The position numbers and the translations under genes were made by a program. This document shows, in pieces, positions 9,042 through 18,602 of a stretch of 64,000 bases of DNA; positions within the stretch are counted from its first letter, which is position 1, and the number at the start of each line of letters is the position of its first letter. The stretch is from the NCBI GenBank assembly GCA_021325495.1, contig JAJPGZ010000012.1, forward strand, positions 120,131-184,130, given 5' to 3'. This DNA is from Spartobacteria bacterium. GTDB taxonomy: Bacteria; Verrucomicrobiota; Verrucomicrobiia; Chthoniobacterales; UBA10450. The notes under the pieces were generated by a model that had not been told where the DNA came from, did no database searches, and saw only the letters and a program-made list of their open reading frames with translations.

Positions 9042-9968
9042 ATGTTGCACGTTCTGCATTCGATCGAAGAACTCGGGCAATTACCGGGCCCGCTTTTTTT
9101 GGCGATCGGCGTATTCGACGGCGTCCATCTCGGACATCAAGCCGTCATTTCTACGTCGGCCGAACACGCACAGACCGCGAAGGGCACGCCAGTCGTTGTT
9201 ACTTTCGATCCGCATCCGGAAAAAGTTCTGCGTCCGGAAAAAGCGCCGCATCTTCTCACCGCGACGCAGCATAAGATCGCGCTCATTCGCGGTCTCGGGG
9301 TTCATCATCTCCTGGTCATTCGCTTCGACAAAGAATTTGCCGCCATGTCGCCTGAGAAATTCGTCGAGCAACTCGTCGTCCATTCGAAACCGCTGCGCGA
9401 AATTTGCGTGGGGCACGAATGGTCGTTCGGCAAAGGTCGCGCCGGTAATCTCGATTTATTGAAGCAGCTCGGCGCGCGCGCGCACTTCGATGTGGTCGGC
9501 ATTCATCCCGTAACTGTGAATGGCGAAATCGTCAGCAGCACCGCGATTCGCCAGGCGGTCGAGCGCGGCGATTTCGCGCGCGCTGCGCAAATGCTCGGCC
9601 GCGAGTACACCATTCTGGGCACGGTCGTGCACGGCGATAACCTTGGGAAGCAAATCGGTTATCCGACCGCCAATCTCAGTGCGCACAGCGAGCAATTTCC
9701 GCCTAACGGCGTCTATTTCGCCGAAGCTAAGATCGACAATCAACTTTTCCGCGGGCTCGTAAACCTCGGCGTGCGCCCAACCGTCGCGACGGAAAAATCT
9801 GACCGCGTCCTGGAAATTTATCTTCTCGACTTCGATCGCGACATTTACGGCAAAGACATCGAGGTCCGCTTCATCAAATACTTGCGTCCGGAAAAGAAAT
9901 TTCCGAACGTCGACGCGCTTAAGCGGCAAATTGCGGACGACGTGCGCAGCGCACGCGCGCTGTCTTAG
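9042..9968 (+). CDS. ribF: Bifunctional riboflavin kinase / FAD synthetase
   Basis: N-terminal FAD synthetase motif GVFDGVHLGHQAV and a C-terminal riboflavin kinase domain (GYPTANL). Confidence 0.9.
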   Translation: MLHVLHSIEELGQLPGPLFLAIGVFDGVHLGHQAVISTSAEHAQTAKGTPVVVTFDPHPEKVLRPEKAPHLLTATQHKIALIRGLGVHHLLVIRFDKEFAAMSPEKFVEQLVVHSKPLREICVGHEWSFGKGRAGNLDLLKQLGARAHFDVVGIHPVTVNGEIVSSTAIRQAVERGDFARAAQMLGREYTILGTVVHGDNLGKQIGYPTANLSAHSEQFPPNGVYFAEAKIDNQLFRGLVNLGVRPTVATEKSDRVLEIYLLDFDRDIYGKDIEVRFIKYLRPEKKFPNVDALKRQIADDVRSARALS

Positions 9969-10369
9969 ACGCTTAGCCTATAGGTAGCCGGCCCGATTTT
10001 TTTCAAACCGCGCACTTTTCTCCCGGTGGAGTTAAACCAGACGTAGAGATTCGCCGACGGCACGCGCAGTTTTTCCGAAAGCTGTTTGATGGTGCTGCCG
10101 CGTTTGCCCGCAGCGCGCAATGCGCCCACAATCGCTTCACGCAACGCGCCACGCTTCGTTCGCCGGCCGGATTTCTTGCCGGCCCGGCCGCCCGACTTGG
10201 ACGAAATTGTTACCGGCGCCGAGCGATCATCGGCCGCGGGGACACCGAAACGGCTTTCGAGCCGCACGATTTCACGATCGACCTGCTGGATCTGCGACAT
10301 GAGCGCTTCGCGACGCTCGGAAAGTTTAACGAGTTGTTTGAGCACAGCGCTCGGAATATTTCGTAGCAT
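9965..10369 (-). CDS. Hypothetical basic protein
   Basis: 134-aa ORF with a coiled N-terminus and a Lys/Arg-rich centre. I recognise no family. It converges on ribF and overlaps it by 4 nt. Confidence 0.45.
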   Translation of the reverse strand: MLRNIPSAVLKQLVKLSERREALMSQIQQVDREIVRLESRFGVPAADDRSAPVTISSKSGGRAGKKSGRRTKRGALREAIVGALRAAGKRGSTIKQLSEKLRVPSANLYVWFNSTGRKVRGLKKIGPATYRLSV

Positions 10370-10407
10370 GCCGCATCCTGCGCGCGGAAGATCGACAATG
10401 CAAGCAA

Positions 10408-10761
10408 CTAAGTGCGAATGTCTTGCAGCTTAGCCATCGCGGCGACTAACGCGCCGCTGATCGCTAAGAGACCAATGGCAAATGTCATGATGAGCACAGA
10501 CGCGAACGGCATCTGCGCGAGCCGGACGAGATCGACCACGATGAAACGCCCGCTGTCCGTGAGCATAGAGGCCAAAGCGCTCCCGAGCAGGGTGAGGCCG
10601 ATCAGGATTGCGCTGCGAATCGATCGCGACTCTCGCTGTGGCGGCGGCAAACACGCCAGCACGCGCGCGGTGAATCCGTCATCGTGAATGTACGGAGCGG
10701 CCTCGCGCAGTTGTCGATCTAACGCGTCTTCAGTGATTGTCGATCTTAGCTCGTCGCCCAT
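10408..10761 (-). CDS. Putative anti-sigma factor (membrane protein)
   Basis: 117 aa. It overlaps the upstream ECF sigma gene by 16 nt. A cytoplasmic N-terminus is followed by two hydrophobic helices. Confidence 0.5.
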   Translation of the reverse strand: MGDELRSTITEDALDRQLREAAPYIHDDGFTARVLACLPPPQRESRSIRSAILIGLTLLGSALASMLTDSGRFIVVDLVRLAQMPFASVLIMTFAIGLLAISGALVAAMAKLQDIRT

Positions 10762-11282
10762 GCTGCCAATGTCTTCTTAAGTTTTTCCCGGCCGCGTAAT
10801 ACATTAGTCTTCACCGTTCCGAGCGGGATGTCGAGCACGCGGGCCGCTTCATCATGCGAAAGTCCCTGCTGACAACAAAGCATCACCGCGCTCCTCTCAT
10901 GTAATGGAAGCAGGTTTAGTGCGTGCATAAGATCATGTCTTAATCCGGCATCGACCGTGTGCGGGTCCAATTCCTTCTGCCATTGTCCTTCATCAACGCC
11001 GACAAGTTCCTTTCGTTTGCGGGCGTCTTCGCGAAAGCAATTGTAGGCGATCCGATAAAGCCAGGTTGAAAATTTCGCCTCGCCCCGAAAGCTCCGAATG
11101 TTTCTGTAAGCGCGAAGGAAAGTTTCCTGTGCCAGATCATCGGCCAAGGCGAGATCGGTGCGCGTGAGCTGGCGCAACATGCCGCGCACGGCCGATTGAT
11201 GCCGCCGGACCAGCTCGCCAAACGCATGCTGGTCATCATCGACAAGAACACGAGCGATGAGGTCCGCATCGGTTAACTCCAC
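10746..11282 (-). CDS. ECF-type RNA polymerase sigma-70 family factor
   Basis: Region 2 (FSTWLYRIAYNCFRED) and region 4 (LSHDEAARVLDIPLGTVKTNVLRGREKL). Confidence 0.9.
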   Translation of the reverse strand: MELTDADLIARVLVDDDQHAFGELVRRHQSAVRGMLRQLTRTDLALADDLAQETFLRAYRNIRSFRGEAKFSTWLYRIAYNCFREDARKRKELVGVDEGQWQKELDPHTVDAGLRHDLMHALNLLPLHERSAVMLCCQQGLSHDEAARVLDIPLGTVKTNVLRGREKLKKTLAAWATS

Positions 11283-11291
11283 GTGCCGAGG

Positions 11292-11942
11292 TTATGGCAA
11301 CGGCGGCGGGTTGTCTCCTTTCGGTTTTCCGCCTTCGAGCTTCCACACCAGCAGGTAACCCACGCCGATGAGGAACGGGATCAGGCCTAACGACCAGGCG
11401 CCGTTTTCCCAATCGTTCACCGCGCCCAGCCAAACCACTAAACCGAGTCCGATCATCGAAAGGACAACTCCGCGCCGCATATCGGAACGTTGCCGCACTG
11501 CGGGCGGCGGCGCCGCCAGCAATTCCGCCGGAACTTGCTGACCTTTCTCCACCATCATGCGGATGGTGCGATGCTGCATTCGGGTCTTCGAAAATCCGAA
11601 ATACAAAATGACGGCCACGATCAATACCGGCGCCCCGAAGATGGTGAGAAAAACGATCGCGACGATCGGCAGCACAAATTCCGGAATGTCATCGCCGCTG
11701 TGGTGTTTGCTTTTGTGGTCCGATTCGTCGCCGTTCGAGTCCGGATCGCCGATGGTGAAATTGAAGTGCTTCTTTTGATGTTTCCGAATCGATCGCTCGA
11801 GCTCGCTCTCCGGTGATGAGGCCGGCGACACGCTCGCCGAGACCGCGGGCGCGCTCGCCGCTGTCGACGGCGACGGACCTTGCGCGAGCAGACCGGCGCT
11901 GAGCCCGATCGAGCAAATACAGACGATGAGAAATGCTTTCAT
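11292..11942 (-). CDS. Membrane protein of unknown function
   Basis: ORF trimmed to the ATG at 11942 (signal peptide MKAFLIVCICSIGLSAGLLAQ). It has a His/Asp-rich linker and several TM helices, and lies upstream of the ECF sigma gene. Confidence 0.6.
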   Translation of the reverse strand: MKAFLIVCICSIGLSAGLLAQGPSPSTAASAPAVSASVSPASSPESELERSIRKHQKKHFNFTIGDPDSNGDESDHKSKHHSGDDIPEFVLPIVAIVFLTIFGAPVLIVAVILYFGFSKTRMQHRTIRMMVEKGQQVPAELLAAPPPAVRQRSDMRRGVVLSMIGLGLVVWLGAVNDWENGAWSLGLIPFLIGVGYLLVWKLEGGKPKGDNPPPLP

Positions 11943-12011
11943 ATTTGTCCTTTGCGAGTGAGATGCGCCGAGAGCGCCTTTTGGATTCAAGAAAATCCGC
12001 CGCCTTAGCGC

Positions 12012-12037
12012 AAGATCGACAATCGCTAAGATCGACA
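12012..12037. repeat. Head-to-tail pair of AAGATCGACAAT (12012-12021, 12028-12037), 16-bp period
   Basis: Both copies lie in the 99-bp gap between the aceA stop (12042) and the next gene start (11942). Confidence 0.9.
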
Positions 12038-12041
12038 ATTC

Positions 12042-13306
<1,265 letters not shown>

Positions 13307-13310
<4 letters not shown>

Positions 13311-14917
13311 AAAAGCTCGTATGCCGGCAATGTCAGGAAGTCCGCGAAATGATCGTCGGTCGTGATCCTCTCAAACAATTCGGAAGCTAAGTTGTATTTG
13401 CGCTTACCGAACGTCGCATCGCCAATCTGCGTTTTGATTTTGCCGATCTCTTCCCGCAGCACATCGTGAAACAATTCCTTCGTCACTTTGCGTCCGTCGC
13501 TCAGCACGCCGCGCTTGTTGCGGATCCATTGCCAGACCTGCGCGCGCGAAATTTCCGCGGTGGCCGCGTCTTCCATCAGATTAAACAACGGCACCGCGCC
13601 GTGACCGCGCAGCCACGCCTCGAGATATTGCACGCCGACGCTCACGTTCTGCCGCAAACCGGCTTCCGTGATCGGCTCGTTAGGCCCGAAGTCGAGCAAA
13701 TCGGTTGCGCTAACATCGACATCGTCACGTTTCCGGTCGATCTGGTTCGGCGTTTTCATTCGGGCGTTAAAGGCATCCATCGCCAATTGCACCATTCCGG
13801 GATGCGCCACCCACGTTCCGTCGTGCCCATCGCTCGCTTCGCGCTCCTTGTCCGCGCGCACTTTCGCGAACGCTTCCTCGTTCGCCTTCTCATCGCCCTT
13901 CACCGGAATCTGCGCCGCCATTCCGCCCATCGCGAAAATGTTTCGGCGATGACAAGTCTTGATGCAGAGCAACGAATACGAATGCATGAAGTGCGTCGTC
14001 ATCGTCACGAGCGCGCGATCGGCCAGAATGAAATCTTCTTTCGCGCGAAACTTTTTGATGCAGGAAAAAATGTAATCCCAGCGACCGCAGTTGAGGCCGG
14101 CGGAGTGATCGCGCAATTCGTAAAGAATTTCATCCATCTCGAATGCGGCCGGAATAGTCTCGATCAAAACCGTCGCGCGAATCGTGCCGCGCGGAATGCC
14201 GAGATCGTCCTGCGCGAGATTGAAGACATCGTTCCAGATGCGCGCCTCGAGATGGCTCTCCATCTTCGGCAAATAAAAATACGGGCCGGTGCCGCGCTCG
14301 AGCAGCGCCCGCGCGTTGTGAAAAAAATACAAACCGAAGTCGAACAACGCACCGGAGACCGGCGCAAGATCGACATGTACATTTCGCTCGTCCAGGTGCC
14401 AGCCGCGCGGCCTAACGAGCAAGACGGCCGTGCCTTCGTTCAACTTGTATTCTTTTCCTTCCGCTGAGCGAAACGAGATCGTTCGCCGAATCGCATCGCG
14501 CAGATTGATCTGCCCCTCGACCATGTTCCGCCACGTCGGCGAATTCGCGTCTTCGAAATCGGCCATGAACATCTTCGCGCCAGAATTGAGCGCGTTGATC
14601 ACCATCTTGCGATCGGTCGGCCCGGTGATTTCGACGCGGCGATCGCGCATGTCGTTCGGAATCGCCGCGCACGTCCAATCGCCATCGCGAACGTGTTTCG
14701 TCGATGTCAAAAAATCGGGCATCTCACCCGCATCGAAGCGTGATTGTCGATCTTGTCGCGCTTTGAGCGCTTCATTGCGACGCGCTCCGAACTCCCGTTG
14801 CAACTTCGCCACAAACGCCATCGCATCCGGGGTGAGGATTTCCGCAAACTCCGGCGACACGTCGCTTTTGATCTCAACGCCTTTCGGCAAAGTCGCTTGC
14901 ACTTCCTTGTTTCGCAT
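13307..14917 (-). CDS. aceB: Malate synthase A
   Basis: 536-aa malate synthase A-like sequence ([25 protein letters not shown]). It overlaps aceA by 4 nt. Confidence 0.95.
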
Positions 14918-14980
14918 CGGGTGAACGATTTGGTCTTGCGCGGAGGCCGGGCCCGTCCATTATTTGCACTCGCTCAAACC

Positions 14981-15055
<75 letters not shown>

Positions 15056-15090
15056 TCTCTTTGCTCGCTGCTCGCGAATTTTCTGCGCGT

Positions 15091-16113
15091 CTAGAGCGCG
15101 CCGTTGCGCGAGATCACGTCGTGAATTGCATTCACTTCCGACACCATCTTCTCGTATTCGTCGAGCGTGAGTGATTGCGCGCCGTCGGAAAGCGCTTCGT
15201 CGGGACGGCAATGCACTTCCACCATCAATCCGTCGGCGCCGACCGCGACACCGGCGCGCGCGAGCGGCGTCACCATGTAACTGCGACCGGTGCCGTGGGC
15301 GGCATCGACAATCACCGGCAAATGCGAAATACGCCTAACGGCCGGAACGGCGGCGAGGTCGAGCGTGTTGCGCGTGTGTTGCGCGAATGTGCGCACGCCG
15401 CGTTCGCACAGGACGATATTGTAGTTCCCTTCCGCCATGATGTATTCGGCGGCGAGCAACCATTCTTCCAAAGTCGCGGCCATTCCGCGTTTCAAAAGCA
15501 CCGGCAACTTCGAACGGCCGACCCGGCGCAGCAGCGTATAGTTTTGCATGTTGCGCGCGCCGATCTGAATCATGTCGGCGTACTTCTCGACAAGATCGAC
15601 ATTCGCATCGTCCAGCGCTTCGGTCACAATCTTCAAACCGAATTGATCGCGAATTTCGGCCAGAATTTTCAGCGCATCTTTTCCTAATCCCGAGAACGAA
15701 TACGGCGACGTGCGCGGCTTGAATGCGCCGCCGCGGAAAAATTTTGCGCCGCTCTTCTTCACGATCTCCGCCACGGCGAAGGCCTGCTTCGCATTCTCGA
15801 TCGAGCACGGCCCCGCGATCATCGCGAGGGAGCCGTCGCCAATCCGTGCGCCGTCGCCAAGATCGACAATCGTACGGTCCGGCCGCAGATCGAGCGTGAT
15901 CAATTTGTAAGGCTTGGTCACGCGGATCGCTTCGGCCACGCCCGGCAGATTCTCGAAGTGCGAAAGATCGACCGCGCCCTGATTGCCGGTCACGCCGATG
16001 GCAGTGCGCGTCGCACCCGGCATGACGTGGGCGCGAAAGCCTAACGACTCGACGACACGCACGGTGTTGTCGATCTGCGCCTTGGTGGCGGCGGCGGTCA
16101 TGACGATAAGCAT
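15091..16113 (-). CDS. 3-deoxy-7-phosphoheptulonate (DAHP) synthase, type I-beta with an N-terminal regulatory domain
   Basis: KDO8P/DAHP synthase core ([31 protein letters not shown]) preceded by a ~70-aa ferredoxin-like domain. Confidence 0.9.
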   Translation of the reverse strand: MLIVMTAAATKAQIDNTVRVVESLGFRAHVMPGATRTAIGVTGNQGAVDLSHFENLPGVAEAIRVTKPYKLITLDLRPDRTIVDLGDGARIGDGSLAMIAGPCSIENAKQAFAVAEIVKKSGAKFFRGGAFKPRTSPYSFSGLGKDALKILAEIRDQFGLKIVTEALDDANVDLVEKYADMIQIGARNMQNYTLLRRVGRSKLPVLLKRGMAATLEEWLLAAEYIMAEGNYNIVLCERGVRTFAQHTRNTLDLAAVPAVRRISHLPVIVDAAHGTGRSYMVTPLARAGVAVGADGLMVEVHCRPDEALSDGAQSLTLDEYEKMVSEVNAIHDVISRNGAL

Positions 16114-16164
16114 GGGCGTGGAAAGGGACTGATACTTACTTGGACGGAGGGGCTTCGGTCAACT

Positions 16165-16773
16165 TCAACGCGCAAGCCATTCGCGGGCCGCGGCCACATC
16201 GCGAGGCGACAATTCGTGCCCGGCCGGCAACACTTCGAGGTCTATTTCGGCACCGGCGCTCTGGAATAACTGCGCCAACCGCTCTGCATTTGGCAGCGGA
16301 ATAATGGGATCGGAGCGACCGTTGCACATCAGAATGCGCCGGCCCGCCAGACTGGGAATCGCGATGTTCGACAATGGCACCATCGCGCGAAACAGAATCG
16401 CGGAAGGAAATTTCGCGCGGCCGAGTAACAGCATCGCCGCCGCGATATTCGCGCCATTCGAGTAACCGACTGCGACCAAATGGTCATTGTCGATCTTGTA
16501 TTCATTCGCGGCGTCTTCGACGAATTGGGCAAGCTCATGCGCGCGTTTGACGACGTCTTCCTCGTCGAACACGCCTTCGGCCAATCGCCGAAAAAATCGT
16601 GGCGCACCATGTTCCAGGATTTTGCCGCGCGGACTAAGTAGCGACGCGTCGGGATCAATGGCGCGGCCGAGTTCGATAAGATCGTCTTCGTTGCCGCCGG
16701 TGCCGTGCAGAAGCAGCAATGTGCGCTCCGATTTTCCCCTAACGAACCGGTGAATGAAGCCGAGATCGCTCAT
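16165..16773 (-). CDS. Alpha/beta hydrolase (phospholipase/carboxylesterase family)
   Basis: LLLLHGTGGNEDDL and the nucleophile elbow GYSNGA. Confidence 0.8.
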   Translation of the reverse strand: MSDLGFIHRFVRGKSERTLLLLHGTGGNEDDLIELGRAIDPDASLLSPRGKILEHGAPRFFRRLAEGVFDEEDVVKRAHELAQFVEDAANEYKIDNDHLVAVGYSNGANIAAAMLLLGRAKFPSAILFRAMVPLSNIAIPSLAGRRILMCNGRSDPIIPLPNAERLAQLFQSAGAEIDLEVLPAGHELSPRDVAAAREWLAR

Positions 16774-17723
16774 GGTCGATCTAACGAGATTGGCGGCAGG
16801 ATGCGCTCGATCTCGGCGCGATGCGGCTCGTATTGCGCGGGAAGTTTCAGCGATTCGCCGAGATGCTCGACCGGCTCGTCCGCCGTGAAGCCCGGACCGT
16901 CAGTCGCGATTTCGAAAAGGATTCCGTTCGGCTCGCGAAAGTAAATCGAGTGAAAATAAAAGCGGTCGATGATCGGCGTGACGTGCAAGCCAAGATCGAC
17001 AATCACGCTTCGCCACTGTTCCTGCTCGGCTTCGTCCGCGCAGCGGAACGCGATGTGGTGGACCGTCCCCGCGGAATTCAATCCGAATTCGCCGTCCGCT
17101 CGTTCGACGATGTCGATCTTGCCACTTGTCGATCTTTCATTCACGGCGAAGCGCCGCCGGCCGTTTTGTTCGTTCAGCAATTCGAACCCGAGCATCTGCA
17201 AAAGTTTTTCGCTGCGCCCGAAACGTTTCATTTCCAGGGTCGGCGCGTGGAAGCCGTGAATCGCGAATTCGCGCGGCACTCCGCTTTTGTAGGCAAGATC
17301 GACATCGTCGAGGTGCGGCGACGTGATTAATTCCACGAGCAACCCGTCCGGATCCGCGACCCGCAGAACTTCATCGCCGAAACGCGTCGCCGTCTGCTCG
17401 CACAAAACGCGTTGGTCTTTGAAGCGCGACTTCCAGAATTCGAGCGCGGTCGTCGGGATGGCAAAACTCGTCGCCGTGACCTGCCCCACTCCGCGACTGC
17501 CGCGACGCGCGCCCGGCCACGGGAAGAATGTGATCGCAGTCCCCGGTCGCCCAGTTCGATCGCCGAAATAGAAATGGTAAGACGAGGGATCGTCGAAGTT
17601 GACGGTGCGCTTCACGAAACGCAGGCCGAGCACACCGGCGTAGAAATCGAGATTGTGCTGCGGCTCGCTCGCGATGGCGGTGATATGGTGGATGCCGCGC
17701 AGTTTCACGCGTGAACTGATCAT
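16770..17723 (-). CDS. VOC-family ring-cleaving dioxygenase / glyoxalase-like protein
   Basis: ORF trimmed to the ATG at 17723 (MISSRVKLRGIHHITAIA). It has two VOC repeats; the second contains VHHIAFRC. Confidence 0.8.
   Translation of the reverse strand: MISSRVKLRGIHHITAIASEPQHNLDFYAGVLGLRFVKRTVNFDDPSSYHFYFGDRTGRPGTAITFFPWPGARRGSRGVGQVTATSFAIPTTALEFWKSRFKDQRVLCEQTATRFGDEVLRVADPDGLLVELITSPHLDDVDLAYKSGVPREFAIHGFHAPTLEMKRFGRSEKLLQMLGFELLNEQNGRRRFAVNERSTSGKIDIVERADGEFGLNSAGTVHHIAFRCADEAEQEQWRSVIVDLGLHVTPIIDRFYFHSIYFREPNGILFEIATDGPGFTADEPVEHLGESLKLPAQYEPHRAEIERILPPISLDRP
17111..17136. repeat. Head-to-tail pair of TGTCGATCTT (17111-17120, 17127-17136), 16-bp period, inside a CDS
   Basis: The two copies are translated in two different phases of the same gene (GKIDIVE and NERSTSG). 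Confidence 0.9.
17293..17320. repeat. 28-nt word GCAAGATCGACATCGTCGAGGTGCGGCG, repeated 27/28 at 18503-18530
   Basis: The second copy reads GCAAGATCGACATCGTCGATGTGCGGCG. The first copy lies antisense in the dioxygenase gene (HLDDVDLAY). The second lies sense in prmA (CKIDIVDVRRR). The first 19 nt recur at 49613-49631. Confidence 0.85.
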
Positions 17724-18579
17724 GTATTTGTGGAGAAAGCGAGCCAGTCCGCAATGGTGGATCGACAACGAAGAGCCGCTGCGCGCGCGGTTCGGAAATG
17801 ACATCGCGGTAATCGAGCGTGCGAATCGGAAGTTGATCGAAATCGAGATCGCGTGCGAAAAGCCTAACGAGCTGAAGAAATTCGGCGGACAGGCGCAGAA
17901 GCTTCCGCGCGATTGGCTCAAACGCTTGGCACGTCAGCACGCGACGCAGCCGATTCGAATTAAAGATCGACAACTACTCATTCCTGCGGGCGCAGCGTTC
18001 GGGACCGGCGAGCACGCGACGACTGCGATGTGTTTACAATTGCTCAAGCGCGTGATGGAAGTCCGGGGAGCACAGGCCGCTGGCCTGTGGTGTTCGTCGG
18101 CTCGCCGAACACGAGTAACTCCGGCGAGCCGCCGCAGTTTGCAGGCGGGCCGCCTGCGCTCCCCAGAACCAGAGTTGGTTGTCGATCTTGGGACGGGCTC
18201 GGGAATTCTGGCGCTGGCGGCGCGTTTGTTAGGCGCGAAGCGCGTGGTCGCGATCGACAACGACCCAACCGCGATTCGCGTCGCGAAAGAAAACGCGCGG
18301 CGGAACAAGATCGACAAGGTGCAATTCAAGGTCGCGGATGTGCGACGATTAAAGTTGCCGCGCAAGATCGACATCGTGGTCGCGAACTTGTTTAGCGAAT
18401 TGCTGATTGAGATTCTGCCGAAGTTTCACGGCGCTTCGCAGTTTATCTTGTCCGGAGTTTTGCGTGAGCAAGAAAGAAAAGTCGTACGCGCGCTGAAGCG
18501 TTGCAAGATCGACATCGTCGATGTGCGGCGGCGGGGAAAGTGGATCGCAATCTTCGCGCGCGGATTGCGACGGTCATAG
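17722..18579 (+). CDS. prmA: Ribosomal protein L11 methyltransferase
   Basis: GTGEHATT, DLGTGSGILALAA and AIDNDP motifs. The ORF is trimmed to the ATG at 17722. It carries a ~34-aa insert (see 18065-18164). Confidence 0.85.
   Translation: MYLWRKRASPQWWIDNEEPLRARFGNDIAVIERANRKLIEIEIACEKPNELKKFGGQAQKLPRDWLKRLARQHATQPIRIKDRQLLIPAGAAFGTGEHATTAMCLQLLKRVMEVRGAQAAGLWCSSARRTRVTPASRRSLQAGRLRSPEPELVVDLGTGSGILALAARLLGAKRVVAIDNDPTAIRVAKENARRNKIDKVQFKVADVRRLKLPRKIDIVVANLFSELLIEILPKFHGASQFILSGVLREQERKVVRALKRCKIDIVDVRRRGKWIAIFARGLRRS
18065..18164. other. 100-nt hairpin-rich, in-frame insert inside prmA
   Basis: An outer stem GGGGAGC (18065-18071) / GCTCCCC (18158-18164) encloses three hairpins: CACAGGCC/GGCCTGTG (18071-18089), GGCTCGCCG/CGGCGAGCC (18099-18130) and GCAGGCGG/CCGCCTGC (18141-18157). 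It encodes VRGAQAAGLWCSSARRTRVTPASRRSLQAGRLRS between two conserved PrmA motifs. Confidence 0.6.
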
Positions 18580-18602
18580 ACCGCCGCTACAGTGGAAGGC
18601 TC

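Noticed and set aside
18065-18164. The cloverleaf-like element in prmA as a tRNA or a known ribozyme
   Set aside because: The arm lengths (8-9 bp stems, 14-nt loop) do not fit a tRNA. There are no conserved D or T-loop sequences, and I see no hammerhead or HDV-type core motifs.
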